Of a stretch of 64,000 nt of DNA, positions 1-13,599 are shown piece after piece (the stretch's first letter is position 1; every line of letters begins with the position of its first letter). Source of the stretch: Nageia nagi (taxonomy: Eukaryota; Plantae; Pinophyta). Where the stretch lies: contig JBITNC010000002.1 in NCBI GenBank assembly GCA_050084985.1, forward strand, positions 29,078,001 to 29,142,000, written 5' to 3'. The translations under genes and the position numbers were made by a program. The notes under the pieces were generated by a model that worked only from the letters and a program-made list of their open reading frames with translations, had not been told where the DNA came from and searched no databases.

Positions 1-1000
1 ACTCAATATGAACCTTCTTTCCGTAATTTAGGTTGCAAGGAAAGGATACTTATTTTAGTTCAACTCACACTCCTGGTACATAAATAAGGGACTTGACACT
101 TTGGTGAAAGGATCAATGAAATATGATATCTATATTATCAATCAAATATTAATAAATATGTGCCTCACTACGAATATTTACTTTAAGGGAAATCTTCGAC
201 ACCATCGATTAAGCTACCTTAACCATAACAACATTCAAGTCATGAAAAATTAAGAACTTATGGAAGGTTTTCTTCGTTATCACCAAAAATTATTCTTTAT
301 GAAAAGTGCATCCCAAGCAAGATGAATAGGCAAAATTTTAAGAAAGATAAGGCAACAAGGGAAAAATAACATCTTTAACTTATGCATTTAGATTTGATGG
401 GTTCATTTTAGATAAATTCTCTTAGAGAAGAAACTTATATCTTTACCTTCATTAACGAATTTAGTAGGATGATATTTAGTTATCTACTCGAGCATAAGGA
501 TCAAACCTTTGATAAGTTCAAATATTTCAAAGCCTTAGTTGAAAATTAGTCCAACTGCAAAATCAAGATGTTGAGATATGATAATGGGGGTGAGTATAAT
601 AGTAATAAATTTAATGACTATTGTGCCATACATGATATTAAGAGGCAGTTCATGATCCCTTACACTCCTTGGCAAAATGGTGTTACCAAAAGAAATAATA
701 TAACCATTTAGGAAATGACTAGGTGCATGTTGGTAAATCTTCTTAGTTTTTTATAGGGTGAAGCTACAACCACTATGATCTACACCTTGAATAAGTGCCC
801 TACGAAAGAAATTAAAGGTAAAATCCTATATGAGGCATAAACAGAAAAGAAACCTAGCATATATCATTTTAGGATTTTTTATTTTGATGCTTATACCTTT
901 ATTTTTTTTGAAAAAAGAAAGAAGTTAGACAAGAGATCTTAAAAGTGCATCTTTATGGGCTATGATAATCAACATAGAGGCTACATGATATACTCTCATT
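1..1000 (+). pseudogene. Degenerate Ty1/copia pol fragment (end of protease region, GAG-pre-integrase, integrase core)
   Basis: Translation across stops and frameshifts gives HHRLSYLNH (GAG-pre-integrase), LMHLDLMG, IKMLRYDNGGEY, PYTPWQNGV and KCIFMGYD, all canonical copia integrase motifs. Many TGG codons have become TAG/TAA. Confidence 0.9.
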
Positions 1001-1583
1001 CTTCCATATGTTATTCAGTTATCCATATATGAGTAAACAATATGTATTTTTTACTATTGTTTAGTTATCCATATATGAGGAATCCATATGTGCTTATTCT
1101 CTATTTTTTATGTTAATCAACATATATTTTTATACAACAAATGACTATGAGTAAATTGGTTTAGCATCTTCATGATGACTTATAGAGAACCATTGATCAT
1201 TTTATATATGGCATTACTTAATTCATTTAACTTATGATTTATATGAATATTTATATGATGCATTTTATTGATCTTATTTATGAGCTATTTGTAGCTTGCA
1301 AGTTTCTTCTTAAGAGTGCAAGTTACCTACATTGAGTGGGCAAGCTCATGGAGGCTCATAATATCAACTTGTTGAATGATTACTTCCTACAATGAAACCA
1401 ATTATGATTAATGATTGTATTATAAACCATTTTATCAAATGGTAATGTAATGAGCCTTAATCTAAGATCTTATTCATTTTTTTAAAGATGTAAATGTTCT
1501 CATCTTTAATTGTATCTTTATGAAGAATAACTCTCTCTTTCTTCTATCCTCTTCGCTCTACTCAATATTACATTGAAAGGGAG

Positions 1584-2143
1584 TGTTGAAATATATAATG
1601 AATTATTGTAAGGTCTCTTTATATAATTCACTTAATACTTAAAGGTATCTTAGATACTTTAAGTATTTAGTGAATATGATAATGTAAATTCAGTAATACT
1701 TAAAATTATCCTTAGATACCTTTTAAGTATTTACGAATAAATAATGTAACTTATCCTACACTCCATATCATGAGCATACCCCTTTGGTAAAAGGGTGATA
1801 CATTTCATGATAATATACAATGGTTAAAATGGTGATCCAAAGGAGTATTTTGGCCTTATAAATGAAGGGTCCTCTCCTTGAGATTACTCATCTAAATTTG
1901 TAAAAAAAGTTATGCTTTAAGATTGTCAAGAGAAGTAAAAAAGAGTTGTTGTAATAGAGTGCTCTTTGAGAATAAGATCTTAGATTAGTGGATGTAATCC
2001 CATGGTTGGAGGAATCACTTTATATTGATATTAACTTTATAAGATTGGCTATTGTGTTTATGTTATTATAATGATATTTTAGAGATCTTTTATGAGATCT
2101 TGTTGGTAGAAGAATTTAGTCATTTAAGATTAGTTCTCTCACA
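1584..2143 (+). mobile_element. 3' LTR of the left copia element
   Basis: Polypurine tract GAAAGGGAG (1575-1583) is followed by TGTTG. Its U3 hairpin and R/U5 segment (TTAGTGGATGTAATCCC...AATCACTT) resemble the reverse complement of the 2256/6851 LTRs. Ends in CA near 2141-2143. Confidence 0.65.
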
Positions 2144-2569
2144 AACTAAATGTAAAAAAAAATATTGAGTTATGATGCAAATAAGATGGTTTTTAGTAGT
2201 ACTTATTTTGGAACTTTGAAGAGTATTAGGGAAAATATTTTTTCATGCTTAAGAATGAAGAAATTAACCCTTTCTAAATTACTTTATAATCTTCCAAGAT
2301 CTCAAGAAGGCCCTTTCAACATCAACATAATAGCACAATAACTAAATTCAATCATACAAATAACATAAGATATAAAGTGGTTCTTCCCTCCTTAGAAGTA
2401 CGTCCACTAATTAAAATCTTATTTTTAAGGACTTCTCTTACAAAAACTCTTCTCTCTCTCACACTCTAAACCTATAACAAAGCTTGCATTACAATTATGT
2501 AGCTAGAGAAGGGGAGGGTTCTTTTTTTATAAGAAAAAATCCACTCTATAATTAATCATTTTTCTCTTT

Positions 2570-4211
2570 TAAAATCTTTGAACCTATCAAAGATTTGATC
2601 CTTATGCTCTATAAGTTAACCAAATATCATCTTGCTAAAATCATCAATAAAGATCAACACATAAAATACTCCCTTAAGTAACTTAGTTAAAAATAGACCC
2701 ATCAAATCTATATGCATAAGCTGAAGTGGTTGAGTTGCTTTAATTACCTTATCTTTTGAAAAAATTTATCAATTCATTTTATCTATAATGCACTTCTCAT
2801 AAAGACCAATTGTATATGATATTATAGGAAAACCTTCCATAAGTTCATGATCTTTCATGACTTGAATATTCTTATGATTTAGGTGGCCTAATCGATGGTG
2901 CCAAAGACTACCTTTAGAGTAAACATTAGTTTCAAGGCACATCTTTGTTGGAGATTGATTCATAATGTAAAATTCATCTTACATTGAACCTTTCAATAAA
3001 GTGGAAAGACCCTTTTTCATGCACTAAGAGTGTGAGTTAAACTCAAAGGAGTAATCATTCCTTACAACCTGAATTATGGAAAGAAGATTCATAGTGAGTT
3101 TAGGCACATAAAGCACATTCTCAAGAATAATCCCTTGTATCAACACACTCTCAATACCTTGAACTTCAAGGATTGAATTATCATCTATCATAATTGCAAC
3201 TTTTTTATACTTATAAAAGTTTTTAAACTTATCATTTTTAAAACACATGTGAGTAGTGCATCCAAAATCAATAATCTAATCATTTGCCAAAGTGCAATAT
3301 TTAAAGTAAAATATAACAACATAAGCAAAATTCTTATTCTTCTTATTATTAGATTTGTTTGATTTTTTATATCCTTTTCACTTTGATCTTTCTCTTTCTT
3401 GAAGTAATCAACTTCCTTATGATCCTAGTGGTTACAAAAATTATAATTTTCATCAAATTTAGTTTTAATTTCCTTTAACTTACCATTATCATAATTCTTC
3501 TTATTCCCACCATTCTCAAAGTTCTTCTTAGGAGCATAAGAACCCTTCATTTAGTTATGTTTCTTCTTTTTGAAGTGAAGCTTCATTAGATCAAGTACCA
3601 TAGATGGCTCCTTAAGAGTGGTGATAAACACTTTATTGTTAAGTATTTCTTTATGCTTCAAGAGAAGCTTTGAAAGATTTTTCAAAGATAACACTTCTTT
3701 TCCATCATCAAGCCTAGTTTCAATAACATTCATAAACTTATTAAACTTAGTAAAGGTTTTAGAGGATGATGAAAGTCAGAAACTCATCGTTGATCCAATT
3801 GCAACCATACCCCATAAGTTGATTTCTAAAGTCAATAACCTTATTTAGATATATAACCACACTTTTATTTTCTTTTTAATGTGATTACAGTAACTTCTGA
3901 AGAATGGTGAACCTCTTAGAAAATTTAGTACCAAGGTAGATACTTTTTAGTTTATCTCAAGCTTCCTTTGCAGTATTTGAAGAAGATATTATGAGAAGGA
4001 TCTCATTTAAAATTACATAAAAGATCATAGATGTTGTTAAATCATTTTTAGTATTATAATCTTCAAATTTCTTCTCCTCAGATGGAGCAACTTGGTTTTC
4101 ATTAACAATCATCTAAAATTTTCATGTTTGAAGTTCTACCTTCATCCTTAGTTCCTAAATACCACAGTTAGAACCATCCAAGATATGCTTGAATACAAAA
4201 GAGTTTTTCAT
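2570..4211 (-). pseudogene. Copia gag-protease-integrase remnant
   Basis: Gag N-terminus LDGSNCGI*ELRMK, a degenerate CCHC knuckle near 3400-3450, protease IDFGCTTHM, NVLYVPKLTMNLLS, WHHRLGHLNHK and the start of the integrase. RT and RNase H are absent. Confidence 0.88.
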
Positions 4212-5699
4212 TGCTACAAAATAATATGAAGAAGATAAACAAAGTAAGCATACATGTTGCATTTAAAAATAAATACATGTTTAAGAAACTATTCAATAAA
4301 TTAAATGCTTAATTGTTAACAAAAAAAATAATCATGCATCTAACATCTTTATCATTAAGTATAACCAAAGAGAGGAAAAAGTTGAAGTTTATTTTCATGT
4401 AAAAAATTAGGCTTCACTTGGATGCCCTTAAGGAGCTCAGGTCCTACCAATCCTCAATCAATTTCTTTTGGACATCGATATACTTTCATAAAGAGAAGTA
4501 TGAGCTATTTTTCAAGGTTGTGATGTATGTTGGATTGATCAAATTAATTATCTTGATTAAATTTTTAGTTTTTCTCTTAAGTTATCAAGATAATCTTTGA
4601 ATAGACGAACGAACATGTGGTATCACTACATGCATGTTTATCCACTTATATGGAGTTAACTCCAAACCAACAGAGGGATTAGGGGTAATTAATAAATACA
4701 AACTTTTCACCACTTAGATCATCAGATTAAAAAGCTTCAACCTATCTTATTTTCACCTCATGGCTCTTCAAACAAGTCATGTTATGAAAAAATCATGCAG
4801 ATGTGTTGATTTTAGGAGAAAGTAATTTTCAATGTTTGCATACTTTACATATAAAGTAAAAGTGCAAAATAAATAAAGTGCTTTAAAAAAGAACCTACAT
4901 CTCACATCATCCCTAAATATGAACTTAAAAATTTAATGGCTTTTGTTACAACCCCTAATAGATCTTTTTACAAAAGTTCATTAATTTAAGTAACAATAAA
5001 TGAGCCTAAAAGTCCAATTGATTTTGTCACAACTGCTAATGGATCTCGTTACAAAGATTCATTATCAAAATGAGGAATTCTTCCATTTGTTACTTAAAAA
5101 ATAGACTTAAAATAATTCTTTATTTGCAATTTAGCATCAAAAATAAAACATAAAAAAAATATTTAAGGAAACTTTGTCTATTCACATGCATTAGGATAAA
5201 ATATTTAAATCATGTATTAAAATTTTTTATCCACTTAGCAAAAATATGCACTTAGAAAAATTAAAGTATGCAAAAAATTTTATCCAATCACATGTGTGCA
5301 TCAAACATGCATTAAGATAAAACATCATCAACTCATGCATACATAATATTAACCCATGCATAATTAATTAACATTAATCTTGCATTTAACTTTAACCTAT
5401 GCATGCATAATTAATTCTCCACTTTTTATCTTAAAGACATACTAAACCAATTCTTTAAAATAACTTGCATTTAAAGTAAAAATAGCAAATAAAGTAATAT
5501 TAAGCTAACAAAATACTTAAAATTAACCTCAAAAATAATGCATACTTACTTAAAAATAATTCCTCATATTAAAAAATTCCTTTTTTTCCTAAAAAAAAAA
5601 AAGTAACTTCAAAAAAATTAAGAAATATTTTATATATATTTTAATAAAAAAACTTTATTTTTTTTTTAATATTTAAAAAGAATTATTTTTATTTTTTTT

Positions 5700-5702
<3 letters not shown>

Positions 5703-5730
<28 letters not shown>
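5703..5730. repeat. (TA)n microsatellite
   Basis: Direct reading. Confidence 0.95.
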
Positions 5731-5733
<3 letters not shown>

Positions 5734-5829
5734 AAATTATTAACAAGGGAGTGGAGGCTGACCGCGTGTTGCTTGAGATAAGTCGCATGCCCCCTCCTAC
5801 CCTATAACACACAAGGAAAAGGGGAAGCT

Positions 5830-5966
5830 GGTCGCGCGCCCCCCACCTCTATTAGAAGGAGGAAAGGGGGGTTTGACCGCACACCCCCCTCCTCCATTAT
5901 AAGGAGGAAAGGGGAGTTTGGCCTCGTGCCCCACTCCTCCATTATAAGGAGGAAAGGGGGCTGGCC
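5830..5966. repeat. GC-rich ~45-bp tandem repeat (3 copies) in the copia 5' leader
   Basis: Unit roughly CCCCCTCCTCCATTATAAGGAGGAAAGGGG(A)GTTTGRC, seen three times. Confidence 0.85.
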
Positions 5967-6131
5967 ATGCACTACCTGCGATAGGCTGCACTCCCCCTTC
6001 CATAATTTAAATTTTTTTATTATTAATTTTTTTTAAATAATAAAAAATAAATTTTTAAAAATTAAAAAGAAAATATTTTTTTATAATAAAAAAATAGATT
6101 TTTAAAATTAAAAAAGATTTTTAAAACTAAA

Positions 6132-6367
6132 AAAATATTTTTTTATAAATAAAATAAAAAAATAGATTTTTATTAAAATTGTAAAAACAAATTGTTTGTT
6201 CAAATTGTAAAAATATAGTATATATTTTAAAAATATATATATATATATTAAAAATATTTTTTTATAAATAAAATAAAAAAATAGATTTTTATTAAAATTG
6301 TAAAAACAAATTGTTTGTTCAAATTGTAAAAAATATAGTATATATTAAAAATATATATATATATATA
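6132..6367. repeat. ~118-bp tandem duplication, each copy ending in (TA)n
   Basis: AAAATATTTTTTTATAAATAAAAT...CAAATTGTTTGTTCAAATTGTAAAAA... present twice, nearly identical. Confidence 0.9.
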
Positions 6368-7949
6368 CACATGTATTTTTATTATTTATATATTAGTATG
6401 TAAAATTTTTACAATAATAATATTATAGTTAAAAAAATTGTAAAATTTTTACTCAATTTTTTACTAAGTAAAATTTGCAAGTTTAAGTTAAAATATTTAT
6501 TATTGTTAAATTTAGTAAATTTATTTAAAATTTGTCTATTATTGCTACACATTAGACAATTTTACTTAAAAAATTGCAACTCAACAAACTAAAATAATGC
6601 ATAGTAATAACATTAGATTAAACTAACATGTTAGTATAGCGATAAATTATCTACTTTAATCAAATTTTGCTATCCTTAACCTCATTCTCATGGAATCAAA
6701 AAAAGTTAGTAATAAAAATAAAATTTGACAAAGACGAGGTAGGAGATTATACCTTCAAACCCTTTTACCTCATCAAAGTAGATGGAGAAAGAAGAGGAAT
6801 GACCTTCAAAGATATTGAAGAGGAACCTCCAACCATGCTCTGATACCATTTGAAGAAATTAATCCTTTCTAAATTAACTTCTAATCTCTCAAGATTTCAA
6901 GAAGGTACTTTCAACATCAACACTATAGCACAATAACTAAAGTCAACCACATAAATAACATAAAATATAAAGTGGTTCCTCTTTTCTTGGGAGTACATCC
7001 ACTAACTAAGATCTTATTCTCAATGACCCCTCTTACAAAATCTTCTCTCTCTTACACTCTAAACCTATAGCAAAGCTTGCATTACAATTGTGTAACTAGA
7101 GAAGGGGAGGGTTCTTCTTTTTTATAAGAAGAAACCCACTCTATAATTAATCTCTTTTCTATTTTTAATTTTTTATCTATTTTTAAATTTATACCTATTT
7201 TTAATCATTCTCTTATTTTTATTCCCTTGATACTCAAAGGTATCTGATGATACTTTAAGTATTAAGTGAATTTACATTAAGGAGAAATATTACACAATAT
7301 TACATTACAAGTTCTAACAAAGAATGGATAACTTATTTTATCATGATTGTAGGTGTCATTTAAATTGAAAGGATCTAAATGTATATTCATCTATTATTAC
7401 TCTTTATTTTAATTCCTTTATTTTTAAGAAAGAAAAGAGAACATATCATAACCAAAATAAGCTTGGTGATTTTCTTATACAACTTAATTATATGAGAAAT
7501 AATCATTCAAATACTTATTGATATATATTTACTTTTGGATAAACTTTGATAGCTCATACAAACCAATGGGTTTAAAAGGATGTTAAAATATAACTATTTA
7601 TCTATCTTATACATACACACATACATATGTGTTAGCTAAATTACATGTATAAATTTAGTAAAAGATATATTTGAAGTGTTTATATGTAACCCCCGTTGAA
7701 ATATAAATAAAATCAAGGTAGAGTCTTTGTTCATGTTTCAAGTATAAGAGGGATATAAATCTCCATTTAGAAAGCCTACAAAACACAATTATAAATAATA
7801 TGAAAATGTATCCTAAGTTTTTAGCAAACACTTGAAAACTGAAATCAAAGTAGAGTCTTTATTTATGTTTCAAGTATAAGAGGGATTATAGTAAGGGATT
7901 AATACTAAAATAATAATTAAGGATAAAGAAGAAGAAATAACATTTTTAT

Positions 7950-9030
7950 ATTTAGGTGACTAATTAATGAGTGTTCATGCATATGCACTTCATTTAATGA
8001 TCATTCAAAGTCCTAAGATCAATCTTTCTTAGATAAATAAGAAAAAAGAGCCACATAATAGGAAGCTAAAATTTAGTTGCTTCCTTCTTTTTGAAAAGGC
8101 TTTTGTAGATAGAATAAATTCCCTTGCATTTGTTTAGAGCTACTAAAATATTAAGATAGGGGGTCATGCTCTTTTTTTCATAATCTTAGAAAAATAATTG
8201 GGTAGATTAATTTTGATGAGGAAATAACAAGGCTTGTTTACATGTATCAAGGTGGGAAAGGACATGTTCACCCACTTGCAATTTTTGGATGGTAAAAGAA
8301 TGATGGAAGAGATAAATCCTTAAGGAGCTAGAATAATCAAATATACCATCAATGTTTATATTATAATCACAAACTAACTTAAAAATTATTTAAAATCTAA
8401 GATAATATTTAAGTTCTTCGATCTAGACCAAAGACTCAATATATAATCACATTTTATAAATATAAAGTCTTCAATAACAAGGAAACTTTATTCCAATAAT
8501 GTATATTAAAAGTTCTACTCTTCAAGTATATAGAAGCCAAAGTGGTTATTTGAAAAACTGCTTTTAGATCAAATAAAGAATAAATACATGTAAGATAAAA
8601 ATGGTTAAATTATCTTATAGGATATAGAAATGTCTTTATAAATTGGTGTTATCCCTAAGATGGAAGGAACTAAAGAATAAGAAGAAAATTCTATGTGGAA
8701 AAGGGAATAGGAATCAGTTATGGTGGTGGTAAGTTGCACCAAAAAAAGTTGATTCCAAAAAAAATTATTTAAGGGTTTACTTCTTTTCCCCTTTGAGTCA
8801 ATATAATATTAGCTTCTTTGGCTAATGGGTAGATCCCTAAAACCAAGAGCCCATGTAGTAAAAGATGGGTTGTTTTATAAAGTAGGACTAAGGGAGAAAA
8901 TTGATTTTTAGATAAATTTATAGGATGAGTATTTACCCCTTATTATATAATTTCTTGAGATGCTCCTATTTAAAATTGATATGTAAATTGCATAAACCTA
9001 TGGATTTATTATAATCATCAAACACAAATT
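7950..9030 (+). pseudogene. Degenerate LINE (L1-like) reverse transcriptase region
   Basis: Decayed motifs KAF..RI, LR(Q)GG..(SPF)LFIIL, FTHLQFLDG (THQQF.DD), and a C-terminal VG.G.KI.F(W).D-like segment. Confidence 0.65.
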
Positions 9031-10421
9031 TCAAAAATTTATTATTTTCATTTTCTTACCACTCTCTATGTTCCTAATATGTAACTATGTTGATTTAAAA
9101 TGCACATCTACACAAAGAACATAAATATTTATAGTGGTTCATCCTAATGTGGGATTACATCCACTCTAATATCTTTAATTTTATTATTGATAAAATATTT
9201 TAGAAGATATAATTATATTAACCTAAGTTTTACCTCAATCTTCTCGATATTTTGCATCCTTCTAGCTCTAATCATCTCATTGCTCCCTATTGATTAACTA
9301 AACCATCCTTATGATATTTTCTTGGTTGTTGAAGTTATGTAGCTTTAATTTTCTTCTAGTTCCCTTGGATATTAGCTCTTGGAACTTTGAACTCTCTTTG
9401 CATTATTACTCCATCAATTTTCATTAATGAACATTCATTTTTCTTTTGTCATTTCATGGTCATAACTCTACTCTTAGGAAGCTTCTTAGACCATTGACAA
9501 TGAAGAAACCCTTTACATATATAAATGTTGATTTTATTATTAACCAATGTTGAAATAAGATACAACCAGCTACAAAATGAGCATTATATCATTCTTTAAA
9601 CATTATTATACTTTCCAACTTGATGGTCTTTGAAACCCCTCTCTTGATCAAGTAAAACTATTGCAATATAATCAGTAAAACTCAAAAAATGGTTTTATGA
9701 ACTCTCATTACAATGAAGGAACTCTTTACAATGTTCATTATAATACATGTACTAGAAACACATACTATACTTCTCATAAATATGGTATGCTCTTAGCAAT
9801 TCAACTACCCTATTACACCATTGATCTATCTAATACATGATAATATAAGAAAATAGCACAAAATGACTATGATATTGTTCGTCCTATACTATGGATTTTA
9901 CATTATTAAAACTTGATGAGTATGAATATTATATTTTCCATCTAACCAATCTATAACATTGATAATGGAAAAAAATTTCCCTTCTTATGAAGTTCTCCTT
10001 GCTTTCAGTAACATTCTAGCCTCCATCAATGAACTCACATTTTGCCAGTGGTAGAACCAATAATCTTGCCATAAGAATAACCTCACTAGGTCATTCTGAT
10101 ATCCTCAGATTCTTCATTTTCTTCTTCTTTATATATCATTCGTCGTCCTTCTAAAATCCCAAGACTTATTGATTCCTATCTTAGCCTATATTGTTTTAGT
10201 TTTTATAACTCCTTAATGCCTTTTTGTAAGTGTTTGCATTGCTAAAAGATTTAAAACACAAGTGATATATCCATAGCCTTTATTGATATACACACATGCT
10301 TTCAATATAGTGTAATCAACTAGAAAAAACTTTATATATGCACAAGATTTTGTCGATGATATACGTATGGGCTATTTAGGATGATATACACATGACGTTA
10401 TTGCATGCTATACTTATGAGG

Positions 10422-11409
10422 TGTAATATCCCAAACTAAGTTAAAACTAAAATTATTAAAATACTTCTAATTTTAAACCACTTATGCATCATATATATAC
10501 AATTTGTGGCCTAAATAACCTTCAATTTCATAATTAATTCTTAAGCATGCTTTAATCTCATACTATTCATGCATTAATAAATCTAAAAATACTAAAAAAT
10601 AAATACAAATATGTTGCCAAGAATTCAAATTCAAGTGCTAAATAATCTTATTGACCAAGATGAGCAACTATAAGTAACAAATAAGCATAAATGATGCCCT
10701 GGAAGAGGGGCGACCCTCTTAGGGTTGAAATGAACAAGTTTTAAAGCTCAAAAAATATCTCTTGGTCCTCCAAGGTTGTATGACTCTCTTGGAATCCAGA
10801 AGGGATGCAAGATGCACCAAAGTGACTCCTAGGGTTGGACTCCTCTTCAATGTGTAAGTTCGAAGCTGAAGTGCCAATCAAGCTCAAGTGTGAACCCTTT
10901 ATGGATCCACCGATGGAAGCCTTAAGGGTTTTCATCCTCAAGCCTTCTAAACCAAAAGGGTTTTTGTCCTTAAGGTTTACTTACGTAGGTTTTTATCTAT
11001 GGTAGGTGGATAAGAAAACTACTCTTTTGGAGGAAGAGAAAGATGATTTGATGATGATCCTAAAATGGGGGTCCATCTTATTTTGTAGCCAATATCCTTC
11101 AAAATATGATTTGGTTGATTTCCTTGGAAAAATAAATGACATCATCATGGTTAACCTTCCTGGATGCCTCAAAATTACAAAATTACAATGCCACTTTGGG
11201 TATGTCCCATATTGGGATCATACATATCTCATTATTACATTAAAAGGGCAATGTGATAATGCCAAAAATACTCCTAGTTACTAAAAATCACTCCTATCTA
11301 TAAAAAACACACCTAAATACACTTATAGGAGGGGCATTCCACTCCAGGTGGCTCAATAGAATATTACAATGCAAGAAATGAGTGAGATGCTAAAAATGGT
11401 GGCATTACA
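10422..11409. mobile_element. Solo LTR (988 bp) with perfect 5-bp TSD TGAGG
   Basis: Starts TGTAATATCCC and ends GGCATTACA. TGAGG at 10417-10421 and 11410-11414. Confidence 0.9.
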
Positions 11410-11749
11410 TGAGGTTTCTAATATGTGCACATGAATCATATATAAATGCATAAAATATCTTCTATACACATGAAATTCATGATATCTATGTATAAAAGGA
11501 AAAAATAACAAATATGATCCAAATTTTAGATCAAAAATTGTTCAGGAAGTTATAAATTATACCAAATAGAAATTTGCTTCAATGTTAATAAGCTTGAAAA
11601 CTATAAATTTAAGTAATTCAAGAACCTAGATGAGTGATCCATCCTAGTTACTTCAAAGCTGTAGCTAACAATTTTCAATTTGTTGTTGAAAAAAACGTAT
11701 TAGAAAAAGAGATGTAAAGGATAAATTGACTTAGAGTTGAGAAAGCCTA

Positions 11750-13000
11750 AGAGTCTACATGATGAAGGATAGATCTGATGAAATTCTCTTAGAACCTTCT
11801 CTTCGAGTCAACCAGGTTATAGATTATATAAAGGTCTAGTAGCCTAAAGTTATCTTCTTCCCATGTTAGGTTATACATAATGGATTCTTCATGTTTAACA
11901 ACCTAAGATGAGGGGATTTCAATAGACATTTATAATGTGTGTTATGTAATAAGAGTAAGCAAACGATAGGTCACCTTCTACTTGATTACCCTTATGTATG
12001 CCATATATGGGAAAGATGGTTATTGACAATAAAATTATAGCTAATTTGAATTTGAATTGAGAAAATATATAGAAGAAATGAAAGCGAAGAATATTTAATT
12101 CAAAATATTTTCATATTGAATGGAAGTTGGGGTTGAATTTTATTTAGTAACTATTATTATTTTCTTATTTGGTTAAGAAGAGGTGTTAAAAGGGCCCAAA
12201 CCCTTTTATAAAGTGGTTCAAAAATTAAGACATATCACCATAATGTGATATTTAAGATATATTATAATTACTTGAGGAGTGGGATTTGAACATGGGACTC
12301 TCTTACATAATTTGAGAATTATCACACCTATTGTTCTCCCAACTCCCCTAACATTTCATGATATTTGCTAGAAATTATGGTTAGATAAAAATATATGAAT
12401 TTTTAAGAAAACTTTCTCTTCCTTGAATGGGATTTGACAAATTATGTACAATAATATTGCATAAATGATGGTAGTCTATGATATAGTAAAAATATTTCCT
12501 AAGGTAAGACAAGAAGGGGAGGAGGACATACACCTTCATTAAATCCAAGAGAGGCAAGCGAGGATGCAATGGATATCATCCCCAAAAGCTTAAATTAAAA
12601 TCAACATGAATTGAATTTGAAAAGAGAACCCAAGTAGTGCTAGAATTGGGATAGTTGTAGGGACAATAATGGGAAAATTCTTCATTAGAAGCTTGAGGTT
12701 ATTATCCATTCCATACATAATGAAGTAGAGGCAATTAAACACATGCTTATGTGGAAAGTAAAAGATATTTTATGAAGATCATCATAGAATTAGATTTTCA
12801 AATCTTAATGGTTATATTGGAAATTACATGAAGAACTTTTATAAATAATTATGGAGATTGAGGATTTTGGTCAATCAAATTAAGGAGCTCTAGTGGGAGC
12901 TAAATAACATAATATTAATATATGCAAGTATATACTTGAATGCAATGGTGAATTTTCTAGCTAAGAAAAACAACAAGGTTGGGTACTTAGTTCATGCTTG
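11750..13000 (+). pseudogene. Degenerate LINE 3' region (zf-RVT and RNase H-like)
   Basis: C-x2-C...QTIGHLLLDYPYVCHIW (zf-RVT pattern), then W..P...IKIN and N.(A)E/H.Y.E.N...(D)FLA RNase H-like motifs, all broken. Confidence 0.6.
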
Positions 13001-13599
13001 GATGGATAACATTAAAGAGAGGATCGAGAAAATTTGAAAGCAAATGCAATATCTAATAAATATAATATATCAATTTAAGTACATATAATAAGATGTTGAG
13101 TCATAAATGTAAACTAACATTTTATTTTATAATTAAGGATTATAACTAACTCTTGAAGGTATAAAGTTAAGTATAATTATACATTTTCAAAAGTAAAAAA
13201 GAAAACAAAATTGTGATTGATTTTTTTTACGATTAGTTTGGAGGATGGATTTTTGAAAGAAATCCTATTCTTTTACATATCAAAATCATAAGAAGATATT
13301 ACAATTGAGTTCATGTAAGAGACTCAGGATGATAGTTGGTCAATTCTAAAATCCAAAATTTAAATTTGGCATAAAATAATTACCATAATACTTCAAAATT
13401 GTAAATACAACCTAAAAGTTGCCGATAAGCTAGGGAATCCAATATTCCCATCAAGATGAAAATAGAAAAATCACAAAACAAACACCATATTTCCAAATAA
13501 AAATCAACAATGAAGAACTTGAAGGACCAAAAAGATGGGGAACAAATTCCACCCATCATCCTAAATTTCATCATTGGTGAATGATTTTCCTCTCTTAGG

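Larger units (their letters stand above)
2256..7319 (-). mobile_element. Internally deleted Ty1/copia LTR retrotransposon with 5-bp TSD AAGAA
   Basis: 5' LTR 6851-7319 (TGTTAG...TTCA on the minus strand). PBS TGGTATCAGAGC (tRNA-iMet) at 6837-6848. Partial 3' LTR 2256-~2570. Identical AAGAA flanks at 2251-2255 and 7320-7324. Confidence 0.92.

Noticed and set aside
5830-5966. Repeat/spacer-like pattern reminiscent of CRISPR
   Set aside because: Eukaryotic context, contiguous tandem units without unique spacers, and no cas genes.
5797-6003. 68-aa ORF with PFPPYNGG repeats
   Set aside because: This is only the translation of the 45-bp GC-rich tandem repeat in the copia leader.
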